DNA from: Gemmatimonadales bacterium
Lineage (GTDB): Bacteria > Gemmatimonadota > Gemmatimonadetes > Gemmatimonadales > GWC2-71-9
DNA: 44,586 nucleotides
Direction of reading: 5' to 3'
Assembly: GCA_035262265.1 (NCBI GenBank)
Contig: DATFTG010000133.1
Coordinates: forward strand, 1 to 44,586
Below are positions 8,284 to 17,909 of the stretch, in pieces; position 1 is the stretch's first letter; each line of letters starts with the position of its first letter. The notes under the pieces were generated by a model. The model was not told the DNA's origin and ran no database searches. It saw only the letters and a list, made by a program, of their open reading frames with translations. The translations under genes were made by a program, and so were the position numbers.

Positions 8284-9471
8284 ATGAAGCGAGTTCTCGG
8301 AGCGTTGCTGTGCGTGGCGCTCGGGCTTGCGGGATCCGCTCGTGCGCAGGGCCTCACGATGCAGATGTCGAACGGTTGGTCGTTCTCGTTCGCCGGGAAC
8401 GTCAACGCCTTCCTCGCATACCAGCATCTGGACTCCACCGGCGCTGTAGGCAGCCCGGGTACGGCGGTGGGGACCGCTCCAACCGGAACGTCGCGCATCC
8501 GCACGGGATTGTTGCCCGCCTTCGCCACCTTCGATGCCAAGGGCAAGGAAGGCAACTTCAATCTCGGCGTGCATTTCGGCTTTGCGCCGGAAATCCAATG
8601 CGACGGGGGTGTGCACGATTGCTCCGGAGCGCAGATGGACATGCGCCAGGTCTTCCTGACGATCGGCGGCCCGTGGGGGCAGATTCTCGCGGGACGTGAG
8701 CTGGGTGTGTTCGGGCGGCAGAACATCCTCAACGACCAGACGCTCTTCGGCATCGGAGCCGCCGGCAACCCGCTGGGCGGTGGTACGACGCTCGGGCGCA
8801 TCGGCTTCGGCTACAACTACCCGAATTTCGTGTCGCAGGTGACGTATTCGTCACGGACAGATCGGCCGACGGTGTTCTCGATCGGGGTGTTCGATCCGTC
8901 CTTCAATGGCGCCTACACCTCACTGCAGATTCCCCGACTCGAGAGCGAAATCACCTTCAGCCGCCGGCAGCACAAGTTCTGGGTGGGTGGTTTGATGCAA
9001 ACCAACAAGGACATCGCCGGCAACAGCGCCACAGCATTCGGATTGTCGGGTGGCGTCCGGCTGGGCTTCAATCAGCTCAGCATCGTCGGCTCCGGGTTCT
9101 GGGGCAAGGGAATCGGGACGACATTCCTATTCGCCAACGGCACGGGCAATCACAGCGTGACCGGGGGCAACGACCTGCGGACGACATTCGGCTACATCGG
9201 GCAGGTTGCCTACACGCCGCGCGGGAGCAAGATGACTGTTGCCGCGAGCTACGGCGCCAACGTGCTGAAGAACGCCCAGGATGAGCAGGTTGGCGGCGCG
9301 GATGTCTTCCACACCGAGAACGGCCTGGTGTCGGGCGGCGTCTACTATCAGTGGACCAGGTCGCTGAAGTTCGTCGGTGAGCTCGACTACTCGTGGAGCA
9401 AGGAGACGGTGACGAACCCCAAGAAGAACACTTCGTTCTCACCGGCTGCCGGGTTGATGCTGTTCTTCTGA
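8284..9471 (+). CDS. outer-membrane porin (beta-barrel)
   Basis: Signal peptide (ARA|QG). Alternating beta-strand pattern rich in G/Y/F/N. C-terminal aromatic residue (...LMLFF). Confidence 0.65.
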   Translation: MKRVLGALLCVALGLAGSARAQGLTMQMSNGWSFSFAGNVNAFLAYQHLDSTGAVGSPGTAVGTAPTGTSRIRTGLLPAFATFDAKGKEGNFNLGVHFGFAPEIQCDGGVHDCSGAQMDMRQVFLTIGGPWGQILAGRELGVFGRQNILNDQTLFGIGAAGNPLGGGTTLGRIGFGYNYPNFVSQVTYSSRTDRPTVFSIGVFDPSFNGAYTSLQIPRLESEITFSRRQHKFWVGGLMQTNKDIAGNSATAFGLSGGVRLGFNQLSIVGSGFWGKGIGTTFLFANGTGNHSVTGGNDLRTTFGYIGQVAYTPRGSKMTVAASYGANVLKNAQDEQVGGADVFHTENGLVSGGVYYQWTRSLKFVGELDYSWSKETVTNPKKNTSFSPAAGLMLFF

Positions 9472-9486
9472 GCAGGACGCCGCCGG

Positions 9487-9527
9487 GGAGCGGCCACGGA
9501 TTGCCGTGGCCGCTCCGTTTTCTTTTC
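9487..9527 (+). terminator. intrinsic terminator after the porin gene
   Basis: GGAGCGGCCACGG-attg-CCGTGGCCGCTCC followed by GTTTTCTTTTC. Confidence 0.7.
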
Positions 9528-9554
9528 GACCTTCTGCATCCGAGTGTCCATTCG

Positions 9555-9968
9555 ATGCGCTACCGGGCTCTGGCCCTCGTCGGTCTGGCGATCGCCTGCG
9601 CGAGTTCGAGTTACACCGTGACAACGACGGCGGCCGTGCCGAAACCCGTCGCCGACGTCTACGCGTGCCTGCGCGCCGCGATCACCCCCATCGGCTACAC
9701 CCAGACGTCGTACGACGTCGCGTCGCATCGCCTGACGGCGCGGCGCTATAACGAGACCGTCCGCCGGCCGGATGTGCGGTTCCGCCGCATGGTCGATGAG
9801 CTGGAAATCGAGGTCCGGCCCGACAGCGGCGGACGGAGTGCGATCGGCGTGGCGGCGCGGACGTTCGCCGAATACATGACCGAGCGCGGGCAAACCCTGG
9901 TCCAGGAAGCCGCCTCGGACAGCGTCCAAGCCGCGGGACAGGCGGTGTTCGCGGCCTGCGGACGCTGA
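9555..9968 (+). CDS. lipoprotein, function unknown
   Basis: Lipobox LAIAC|AS. Protein-like composition. Confidence 0.55.
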   Translation: MRYRALALVGLAIACASSSYTVTTTAAVPKPVADVYACLRAAITPIGYTQTSYDVASHRLTARRYNETVRRPDVRFRRMVDELEIEVRPDSGGRSAIGVAARTFAEYMTERGQTLVQEAASDSVQAAGQAVFAACGR

Positions 9969-10110
9969 CGTTTCCTCACCTCTTCCGCGTCATCCAGATC
10001 ACATGCCGGTCGCGTGGCACAGACCGTGCGGACACCAGCAAGACCGTCGTGAAATGTGGATGGCTCGGCCGGGATGAGAGGTGGCGCGACGGCTGAGAAG
10101 GGGGAGTCGC

Positions 10111-10626
10111 GTGATCAGGATGTGCAGCGGACTGCTGGGACTGGCACTGGTGGGATGCGCGGGGCTCAAGCAAACGGAAGTTCCGTCGCCCGTGTTCGTG
10201 CCACCCCCGGACCGGGTCCCCTACGCCGAAGACGTCCGCTCGGCAAACGCCATCGTGGTTGGAACGCTGGTCGATGTCCGCCGCGACTGGCGCTATGAGG
10301 CGCCCTGCGGGCTCATCCACTCGATCATGGGGACGTGCGACGACCGCCGCGCCTACATCGGCAAAGTCCGCGTCGACTCGTCACTGACCGGCGCCAACGG
10401 CACGGTCGACATCGTCTTCTTCGTCCGCCCCGACGGGCCCGGCGTCGGGCGCGGGACCAGGGCGCTGTGGCTGCTGCGCTATCGGCGCGTTCTGCGGGGC
10501 GACCAGTGCAGCCGCTATGGCTGTCTCGACGAGTGGTGGCTGGGACCGGATGGAGACGGCGACGTGCTGCCCTCGGAAGATTGGTCGGCCGTGGCCGCGA
10601 TGCGGAGGCCTCGCACTTCCACCTGA
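10111..10626 (+). CDS. lipoprotein, function unknown
   Basis: GGGGGAG SD 5 nt before GTG at 10111 (alternative ATG at 10120). Lipobox LALVGC|AG. Confidence 0.5.
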   Translation: MIRMCSGLLGLALVGCAGLKQTEVPSPVFVPPPDRVPYAEDVRSANAIVVGTLVDVRRDWRYEAPCGLIHSIMGTCDDRRAYIGKVRVDSSLTGANGTVDIVFFVRPDGPGVGRGTRALWLLRYRRVLRGDQCSRYGCLDEWWLGPDGDGDVLPSEDWSAVAAMRRPRTST

Positions 10627-10627
10627 C

Positions 10628-10843
10628 TCACTTGTAGCGATACGTGATGCGCCCCCGCGTCAGGTCATATGGGGAAAGGTCCACGGCGACGCGATCTCCC
10701 TGGAGGATGCGGATGTAATTCTTCCGCATCTTCCCGCTCACGTAGGCGAGGACTTCGTGGCCGTTCTCCAGCTTGACTCGAAACGTCGTATTGGGGAGGA
10801 CTTCGGTCACCGTCCCCATCATCTGAATCGCGTCACCAGCCAA
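10628..10843 (-). CDS. infA: translation initiation factor IF-1
   Basis: Aligns along its whole length with E. coli IF-1 ([43 protein letters not shown]...). The start codon read from the sequence is TTG. Confidence 0.95.
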   Translation of the reverse strand: MAGDAIQMMGTVTEVLPNTTFRVKLENGHEVLAYVSGKMRKNYIRILQGDRVAVDLSPYDLTRGRITYRYK

Positions 10844-10947
10844 CTGTCAAAATCCTTTCGAGTGGTGCCCAAATGTAGCCCTCCCCCGCCTGTCTTGACA
10901 CTCCCCGGGTGTGGCGTATCTCTTGCTAGCGGAGGAGGTTAAAGCCC

Positions 10948-11223
10948 ATGGACGATTCCCAGCTCAAGCGCCTCGCCGATATCGCGGTTGACGTCGTGCG
11001 GCCCGAAGGCAATGGTTTTGCGTTGAGTGGGCAGGGTTCGGACCGGGGTGAGTACCGCCTCGACGTGCATTTCGACATGCCGCTCGATGCGCGGACCCGG
11101 GCGGTCCTGGGCGGTCTCCTGGCGCAGTCCGAGCTGACCCTGTGGCGCCGGGCTCCGGCGGTGACGCCCGCGCGGCGTGAGCGCGCTCACCGCCCCCGCC
11201 GCCGTCGCGTCACGGCCGACTGA
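10948..11223 (+). CDS. hypothetical protein with an Arg-rich tail
   Basis: GGAGGAGG SD upstream of the ATG. No recognisable domain. Confidence 0.4.
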   Translation: MDDSQLKRLADIAVDVVRPEGNGFALSGQGSDRGEYRLDVHFDMPLDARTRAVLGGLLAQSELTLWRRAPAVTPARRERAHRPRRRRVTAD

Positions 11224-11268
11224 TTGCAGCGCCGGCTATCCTGGGCAGCTACGCCAGAGAGGACTAGG

Positions 11269-12621
11269 ATGAGGCCTTTCCGCTTGGGTGTCTTCGTCAC
11301 CCTGGTGCTGGGTGCGACGCTCGCCGCTTGTGCCGGTGGTGCTGTGGGCACGACGCAGCTCAGCCCCGCCGATTTGAGCGCGCTCGAAGCTCAACGTACA
11401 CAGCACCCCACCGATCCCGACCTCAACCTGCGTCTCGCCAAGGCGTACTACGCCGCCAACCGGTTCGCCGATGCCCGTAAGGCCCTGGGCGTCGTGCTCA
11501 CTCAACAGCCGAACAATCGCGTCGCCGAGACCTACCTCGGGCTCAGCTATGAGGGGATGGAGCAGTTCGACTCGGCACGGACCATCTATACCTCGTTGCT
11601 CGCCACGAAGCCCTCGGGAGAGGTCGGCCGGCTCTTGAATGGTCGTCTCACGCTCCTGGCCCGCAAGGAGCTGCACGCCTCCGCCCGGGCGTCCCTGGCG
11701 CGCGAAACGGAGCTGTCGCGGACGCCGCCCGATCCCAACACAGTGGCGGTATTCCCGTTCCGGTATACGGGGCAGGACACGACCTTGCGGCCGTTGGAGC
11801 GCGGCCTCGCGGCGCTGGTGGTGAGCGATCTGTCGCACGTGCGGCGGCTGCGCCTCGTGGAGCGCGAGCGGCTGCAGGCGCTGATCGACGAGATGAAGTT
11901 GGCCGCGAGCGGCCGCGTCGACCCCGCGACAGGCGCGCGCTCCGGGCACCTCGTTGGTGCGGGCCAGGTAGTGCAGGGCCAGTTCCAGGAAGCGCCCGGC
12001 ACAAACATCCGCCTCGACGCGACGATGGTGCGCGCCGGCGACGCCCAGATCGCGGCGACCGGGTCGGGCCGCGACGCTCTGTCGCAGCTGTTCGATCTCG
12101 AAAAATCGGTGGTGTTCCAGCTCCTGACCAAGACGGGCGTTCCCATTTCGCCCGCCGAGAGCATCGCCATCAGCGAGCGGCCCACCAGGGACCTGCAGGC
12201 GTTCCTGCTCTACAGCCGCGGGCTCGAGTCGCAGGACAAGGGTGACTTCCGCGCGGCCGGTGCGGATTTCAAAGCCGCGGCGCAGCGCGATCCGACTTTC
12301 CAGGCGGCGGTGCAGCAGTCGCAGTCGAGTGAGGCCGCGTCCTCGGCGAGCGGTACGCCCGACAACACCCTGGCCGCGGTGATCGGCGGCGGGACCGGGG
12401 CGCCGAGCGGCGGCGCGCCGACCACCGGCACCACGCAGGCGCTGCAGCAGGGGATCAACACGACGGTGCCGAGCGGCACCACCATCTCCGATCAAGTGGG
12501 GAGCAACCCGACCAGTCAGCCCCGCACGGATCCCGTGTGCGAGGCTGCCAACTGTCAGGGGTTGCCGAAAGGCGGGCCGGCGTTGATCGGGACCATCATC
12601 ATCATCATCAAACGGCCATAG
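11269..12621 (+). CDS. lipoprotein with TPR repeats and a CsgG/LpoB-like module
   Basis: Lipobox TLAAC|AG. TPR-like N- and C-terminal parts. Central VAVFPFRYTG...VSDLSHVRRLRLVERERLQALIDEMKL pattern. Low-complexity tail ending in IIIIIKRP. Confidence 0.65.
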   Translation: MRPFRLGVFVTLVLGATLAACAGGAVGTTQLSPADLSALEAQRTQHPTDPDLNLRLAKAYYAANRFADARKALGVVLTQQPNNRVAETYLGLSYEGMEQFDSARTIYTSLLATKPSGEVGRLLNGRLTLLARKELHASARASLARETELSRTPPDPNTVAVFPFRYTGQDTTLRPLERGLAALVVSDLSHVRRLRLVERERLQALIDEMKLAASGRVDPATGARSGHLVGAGQVVQGQFQEAPGTNIRLDATMVRAGDAQIAATGSGRDALSQLFDLEKSVVFQLLTKTGVPISPAESIAISERPTRDLQAFLLYSRGLESQDKGDFRAAGADFKAAAQRDPTFQAAVQQSQSSEAASSASGTPDNTLAAVIGGGTGAPSGGAPTTGTTQALQQGINTTVPSGTTISDQVGSNPTSQPRTDPVCEAANCQGLPKGGPALIGTIIIIIKRP

Positions 12622-12632
12622 GAGCGCGGCCC

Positions 12633-13742
12633 ATGCGCATCCGGTTCATTGTCTTCGCCGCCGCGCTCGCGAGCCCGCTGGCCGCCCAGGGCAACACCGC
12701 GCTGTACTCGAGCTGGAGCGGCCTCGGCGGGTTCGACTATCAGCGTTACGGGTTCGACAAGGGATACGTCGTGCACAGCGGTGCGCAATGGAGTCTTCCC
12801 CTGGTGCTCGTCGCACCACTGGGAGCCCATGCGTCGGTCGACCTGACGACCCATTACGCGCATACCGAGGTGACCGACTCCGCGTCGCTGGTGCATTCGG
12901 GTCTCACCGATACGCAGCTGCGCCTGCTCTACACGATCGGCGCGCAGCGGGCGGTGGCGTCCATCTCCGTCAACCTCCCGACGGGGAAGCATTCGTTCCC
13001 AACCGACTCGTTTCGCGTGGCCAGCGGCGTCAGCTCGACCTACCTCTCGTTCCCGGTCAACAGCCTGGGCAGTGCGTTCGGCGTGACGACCGGGTTGGCG
13101 TACGCGACTCCTGCCGGGAAATGGAATCTCGGCCTGGCGGGGAGTGTTCGCTTCCAGGCGAACTATCACCCGTTCACGAACGACAGTCTCAACTACAAGC
13201 CGGGCCTCGAGGGGCGCCTGCGGCTCGGCGCCGACCGCCTAGTGGGCGAGCGGGGGCGGCTGCTCTTCGGGTTGACCTTCTCGACCTTTTCGACCGACGA
13301 GTTCTCGGGCGTGAGCAGCAGCGGGCTCGGGCCGTTCAATCCGGGGTCCCGCTTCATCACCGAATTCGGCTACGCCTACTCGTGGGGCCGGACGAGCCTC
13401 ACATTCGGGGCGTGGGACTACTACCGGATGGCGGGGAGCTCGGGTGCCACTACGTTGGGCGACACGAAAGAGAACGTCTTCAACACGGAAATCCGGGTGG
13501 CGCGCCAGCTATCGCCACGCTTCGCGATCGAACCGCTCGCCGCCTTCCGCCAGTGGAGTCCCGCCGACATTCGCGGCGGGCGGTTGTACAGCTTCGGCAC
13601 GAACCTGCGCTTCGGATTGAACGATCGGTGGTCCGGAGTCGCCAGCGGCCGCTTCGGCACCGGTTGGATCTTCGATCCTTCGGCCGGCCGCTCCGACGTA
13701 ACCGCTACGGGACTCTCGCTCTACCTGCGCTATCAGCAGTAG
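12633..13742 (+). CDS. outer-membrane beta-barrel protein, function unknown
   Basis: Signal peptide (PLAAQG). Alternating strand pattern. 11-nt gap to the upstream lipoprotein gene. Confidence 0.6.
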   Translation: MRIRFIVFAAALASPLAAQGNTALYSSWSGLGGFDYQRYGFDKGYVVHSGAQWSLPLVLVAPLGAHASVDLTTHYAHTEVTDSASLVHSGLTDTQLRLLYTIGAQRAVASISVNLPTGKHSFPTDSFRVASGVSSTYLSFPVNSLGSAFGVTTGLAYATPAGKWNLGLAGSVRFQANYHPFTNDSLNYKPGLEGRLRLGADRLVGERGRLLFGLTFSTFSTDEFSGVSSSGLGPFNPGSRFITEFGYAYSWGRTSLTFGAWDYYRMAGSSGATTLGDTKENVFNTEIRVARQLSPRFAIEPLAAFRQWSPADIRGGRLYSFGTNLRFGLNDRWSGVASGRFGTGWIFDPSAGRSDVTATGLSLYLRYQQ

Positions 13743-13832
13743 GATGACGGGGGCGGAGCGTCTGAATTCTTGACGCTTCGGGGGGGACGGCTGTAGGTTG
13801 GCGCGACCTTCAACCTGGAGTTCCCTAGCCCC

Positions 13833-14153
13833 ATGCCTGCCGAGCTCGGCGGATCACAGATCTCCTCTCTGCTCGAAGCCCTTCCCGGGATTGCCAGCGT
13901 GCTGCGCAGCCCGGTGGCGGACGCGCTCGTCAAGGCGATCCGGGCGGCGTCGGGGATCGGCGAGTTCGAGATCGATGATGCCGAAGAGCTGGTGCGCTAT
14001 GCGGTGCGCCGGGGGCTGATCGGTCCGGATGAAGGGGACCGCGTGCTCGCCGACGTGCAGGGCGCACTGAAGACGGTGAAGCGCAAGCCGGTGCGCAGCG
14101 CGAAGCCCAGACCCGCCCGGAAGCCCGACAAGAAAAAGAAGTCCCGCCGCTAG
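13833..14153 (+). CDS. small hypothetical protein with a Lys/Arg-rich tail
   Basis: Coding-like composition. No recognisable domain. Confidence 0.45.
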   Translation: MPAELGGSQISSLLEALPGIASVLRSPVADALVKAIRAASGIGEFEIDDAEELVRYAVRRGLIGPDEGDRVLADVQGALKTVKRKPVRSAKPRPARKPDKKKKSRR

Positions 14154-15859
14154 ACTCGGAATCCCTTCACCAGCGAGCGGAGCTTTTCGGCGGCCTGCAG
14201 CAGCGTGCCGGCGCCGGCGGCCAGCTCCTCGGTGGACGCCCCCTGCTGCTCGGCCGCGGCCGAGACTTCCTGGGCCCCGGCGGAGTGAGACCCGGCTTTC
14301 GAGGCGACCTGCTCGGTCTTCCGGGTGAGATCCTCGGCGATGCCCCGGTTGGCTTCGGCGACCCCCGCGACGCGCCCCGCGGCCACCTCGACCTGCTCCA
14401 CCGCGGTGGCGATGTCGGCGAGGGCAGTGGCCGCCCCTTCGGTCACCGCCTCGATTCCGCGCACCTTGGACTGGCCGTCGCCCATGACCGCCGTCATCCC
14501 GTCCATCTCCTGGCGGATCGCCGCGGTGGCACGCGCCACCTCTTCGGCCGCCCGCGCCGATTCATCGGCGAGCTGGCGCACTTCCTCGGCGACCACGGCG
14601 AATCCGCGCCCGTGCTCCCCGGCGCGCGCCGCCTCGATGGCGGCGTTCAGCGCCAGCAGGTTGGTCTGGGACGAGATGCGCCGGATCAGGTCCACAAAGT
14701 CGTCGATCGCGGCGCTCTGATCGACGAGTCGGCCGACCTGCTGGGCGGTGGTGAGCACGACCTCCCGGATCCCGAGCAGCGACGAGCCGGCGGTCTGGAT
14801 GCCTTCGCGGTGGCGCGTGGCGGCGACGCGAATCTCCTCGCCGAGCCGGGTGACTTCGGCGGCGGCCGTCGCCGTGTCCGACGCCGCGCGGCGCATCTTG
14901 TCGAGGCCGGACTCGATGGCGACCAGCTCGTCGCGCTGGACTTCGGCGCCGCTCGAGATATCGACCATGGCGGTCGAGACCTCGCTCGAGCTTGCCGCGA
15001 GCTGCTCGCTCACAGCCGAGAGATCGCCCGCCGAGGACGTGATGCGGTCGGACTCGCCGATCACCTCCCGCACGATGCCGCGCAAACGCTCGGCCATGTC
15101 GCGCATCGCGTGGGCCAGCACCTGGAATTCCCGCGGCATCGCGCCCGTGGTCACCGGACGCAGGTCGCCGGCGCCGAAGCGCTCCGCCGCGGTGACGAGC
15201 CGCGCGAGCGGCGTCTCGACTGAGTGCACCGTCAGCATCGAAGCGACCGCGCCGAGCGCGATGAACACCGCGAGCACCAGCCACAGGAAGAGCTGGCGGC
15301 GTCCGGCGACGAGCGCGAGGCGCTCGGCGACTTGTCCTGCTTTCTCCGCCTGCCGGGCCGAGAGCCCACGCACCAGCTGGATCAGCTCGGCCACGGACGC
15401 GCGGACCGCGCCGACCCGCGTCTGCGCTTCCGCGTTGCGGCCCAGGTCGCGCAAGGCGTGCGCCAGGGCGTAATCGACCTGAATCGACGATTGCAGCAGC
15501 TTGATGCGATTGACGACGAGACGGTCTTCCACCGTCAAATCACCCAGGCGCTCGAGCCGTTTTTCGTACTGGAACGAGCTGTCGGCGGCGCTTTGAAACT
15601 CCGACCGCACCCGGTCGTCCGGCGCGCTCAGGTACTGCTCGGCGGCCCGCAGCTCCGCGAAGACCGTCGTGAGCAATCCGGTGCTCACGGCCGTCGTGGT
15701 GCGGACGTCGTCCATTTCGGAAGTGATGCGCTGCCGGATCGTCGAGAGGCCGGCGGCGCCGGTCGCCGCCGTGATCACGAGACCAAGGGCGAGCGCGCCC
15801 AGGCCCACCAGAATGCGCGCCCGGACGGTGTTGAGCCGCAGACGCGGCCGCAGCCTCAT
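14150..15859 (-). CDS. methyl-accepting chemotaxis protein (two TM segments, helical-bundle sensor, HAMP, MCP signalling domain)
   Basis: Highly conserved hairpin tip [39 protein letters not shown] region ([12 protein letters not shown]). Confidence 0.9.
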   Translation of the reverse strand: MRLRPRLRLNTVRARILVGLGALALGLVITAATGAAGLSTIRQRITSEMDDVRTTTAVSTGLLTTVFAELRAAEQYLSAPDDRVRSEFQSAADSSFQYEKRLERLGDLTVEDRLVVNRIKLLQSSIQVDYALAHALRDLGRNAEAQTRVGAVRASVAELIQLVRGLSARQAEKAGQVAERLALVAGRRQLFLWLVLAVFIALGAVASMLTVHSVETPLARLVTAAERFGAGDLRPVTTGAMPREFQVLAHAMRDMAERLRGIVREVIGESDRITSSAGDLSAVSEQLAASSSEVSTAMVDISSGAEVQRDELVAIESGLDKMRRAASDTATAAAEVTRLGEEIRVAATRHREGIQTAGSSLLGIREVVLTTAQQVGRLVDQSAAIDDFVDLIRRISSQTNLLALNAAIEAARAGEHGRGFAVVAEEVRQLADESARAAEEVARATAAIRQEMDGMTAVMGDGQSKVRGIEAVTEGAATALADIATAVEQVEVAAGRVAGVAEANRGIAEDLTRKTEQVASKAGSHSAGAQEVSAAAEQQGASTEELAAGAGTLLQAAEKLRSLVKGFRV

Positions 15860-16977
15860 TCGCTCGCCTCCGCCACCAGCCGGCCGTTCCGGACGATCGC
15901 GATCGTCAGCGGCTTCCCGCGCACGTCACCGCTCGAGTCGAACGCGATCCGCCCGGTGACGCCTTCGTACGCCGGCCTGCTGCTGCCGACGCTCGCCAGG
16001 TAATCCCGGATCGCCCGGCGGTCGGGGCCGACGGTATCGAGCGCCGCCTTCAACAGCTGGAAGACATCGGTGGTGAGACCGGCGACGTCGTTGGGACGTT
16101 GCCCCTGGGTGGCGCGGAAGTAATCGACCACGAACCTGCCGTTCTGGTCGCCCTGGCGGTCGGGGAGGTAGGCGGAGGAAATGTGAATCCCCTCCGCCAG
16201 CGCTCCGTCCGCTTCGATGCCGACGAGCGCATCGCTCCCGACCACCGGCCATTGCAATCCCTGACGGCGCATCTCCCGTAACGCCTGCTCGGCGCCGGGG
16301 ACGTCCGTCGCCAGCATCAGGACGTCCACCCCGGAGCGCTTCATACGGGAGAAATAGGGCTCGAGTGAGCCGGTCGTGGGAAGGAAGGGATCCTCCTCGA
16401 CCACCACTCCGCCGAGTCGCGTGAACTCCGTTGCGAACGCCTGACGCACACCGCGGCCGTAATCGTCGTTCAGATACAGCACCCCCGCGCGCTGCGCGCC
16501 GAACTTCTGGCGGGCGAACCGCGCCAGGGCGGGGCCATGCGACAGGTCGCTGGGGCAGACCCGGAACGCGTAGCGGCTGATCCCCGACAGCTCCGGACTC
16601 GAAGCGGTGGGTGAGACCATCGCGATGGGGTCGCTGCCGGCGCCGTACACCCGCGCCGCGGCGATGCTCGTTCCCGAGGTGATGTGCCCGACGACGGCGA
16701 CGATGGACCCGTCGTCGCGGAGCGCCTGGGCGGCGAGCACCGCGCCGTTCTCGGTGCCGCTGTCATCCAGCACGCGCAGCTGCAGCCGGCGGCCGCCGCG
16801 GACGCCGCCATGCTGGTTGATCTGGTCGACGATGTAATGCGCCGCGCGCTGCTCGGAGACGCCCAACGGGTCCCGCAGCGGTCCCGCGAGGCCGATGACG
16901 ATCGGGCCGGTCTCGCGTACGCACGCCGCGGTCGAAAGGGCTGCGACGGCCAGGAGGAAGCGGAAACGGACGCGCAT
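15856..16977 (-). CDS. LivJ/Peripla_BP_6-type periplasmic solute-binding lipoprotein
   Basis: Start taken at ATG 16977 (MRVRFRFLL...LSTAAC|V lipobox). IVIGLAGPL...[18 protein letters not shown]...VVGHITSG pattern. Its stop overlaps the MCP start by 4 nt. Confidence 0.85.
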   Translation of the reverse strand: MRVRFRFLLAVAALSTAACVRETGPIVIGLAGPLRDPLGVSEQRAAHYIVDQINQHGGVRGGRRLQLRVLDDSGTENGAVLAAQALRDDGSIVAVVGHITSGTSIAAARVYGAGSDPIAMVSPTASSPELSGISRYAFRVCPSDLSHGPALARFARQKFGAQRAGVLYLNDDYGRGVRQAFATEFTRLGGVVVEEDPFLPTTGSLEPYFSRMKRSGVDVLMLATDVPGAEQALREMRRQGLQWPVVGSDALVGIEADGALAEGIHISSAYLPDRQGDQNGRFVVDYFRATQGQRPNDVAGLTTDVFQLLKAALDTVGPDRRAIRDYLASVGSSRPAYEGVTGRIAFDSSGDVRGKPLTIAIVRNGRLVAEASE

Positions 16978-17021
16978 CTGGTGACGGGAGGCAAGGTTAA
17001 GCGGCGGCAAAACGGAGCGCA

Positions 17022-17888
17022 ATGCCGTATGTTCGGAAGGTGGAAGCACGTGACCGGTTGCGCGCGTTCATCGCGGCGCTCGAGCCGCTGCTGACCGCCA
17101 GCGATGCCCCAGGCTTCGAAGCGGTGTGGGAGCGCGAGCAGCTCGCCGAGGTCGGGTGGGAAGCGCTGGCGCAGGCGCGCCGCGCGGGAGCAGCGGCCCT
17201 CGCACCCCTGCTGGCAGCGCTCGACCGGCGGTTGCTCGCCGTGCTGGAGCGGTCTCGCGCATTTGCGGACCTGCACGTCGTCACCTTCCGCATTCCCGAG
17301 CTGGAACGCTGGCAGCACGCCACCGCGGCGGCGCTCGTGGGAGCGCGCTGGGGCGGCGCGGGACTACGTACCGTCATCGAGGACACGCGCGCGCCGTTCG
17401 CGCGCCGCTATTTCGCGTTCCTGGATCTCGCCTGGCGACATCCCCCCGAGGCATGGCCGGTATTCGCGAAGTACCTGCGGGCGGAAGGCGCGCATCACGC
17501 CTTCGTCGCCGTGGCGGTCGAAGCGGCGCGATTCTATGCGGCGTCGCACCCGACGACGCTGCTGTTGTCGCTGTTCGAGCGCACCCGAGGCGATCAGCTG
17601 CTGCGCCGGTTCCTGGGCCCGCGCCTGCTGGAATCGTTGTATCTGCTGGGAGATCCGCAGTCCCTGCCGCTGTTTCAGGAGCTGCTCGTGGCCGGCCACA
17701 CCGACCCGGATCTCGATCACTGCGAGGTGACCCGCGCCCTCGTGGCGGTGCGCAAGCTCACCGGGCGCCTCGCGCCCAGCACCAAGTTCCCCGATGTGGC
17801 GCGCCCCGAAGTCCGTCACATGCTGGACGACGCCGAGCGGCGCTTCGAGGCCGCGCGTGATCAACTCGACCCGGTGACGGTGATCTAG
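17022..17888 (+). CDS. hypothetical helical protein
   Basis: This frame has the most protein-like composition of the three overlapping frames. No recognisable domain. Confidence 0.5.
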   Translation: MPYVRKVEARDRLRAFIAALEPLLTASDAPGFEAVWEREQLAEVGWEALAQARRAGAAALAPLLAALDRRLLAVLERSRAFADLHVVTFRIPELERWQHATAAALVGARWGGAGLRTVIEDTRAPFARRYFAFLDLAWRHPPEAWPVFAKYLRAEGAHHAFVAVAVEAARFYAASHPTTLLLSLFERTRGDQLLRRFLGPRLLESLYLLGDPQSLPLFQELLVAGHTDPDLDHCEVTRALVAVRKLTGRLAPSTKFPDVARPEVRHMLDDAERRFEAARDQLDPVTVI

Positions 17889-17909
17889 CGGCGGCCAACC
17901 CGGGTTCGT

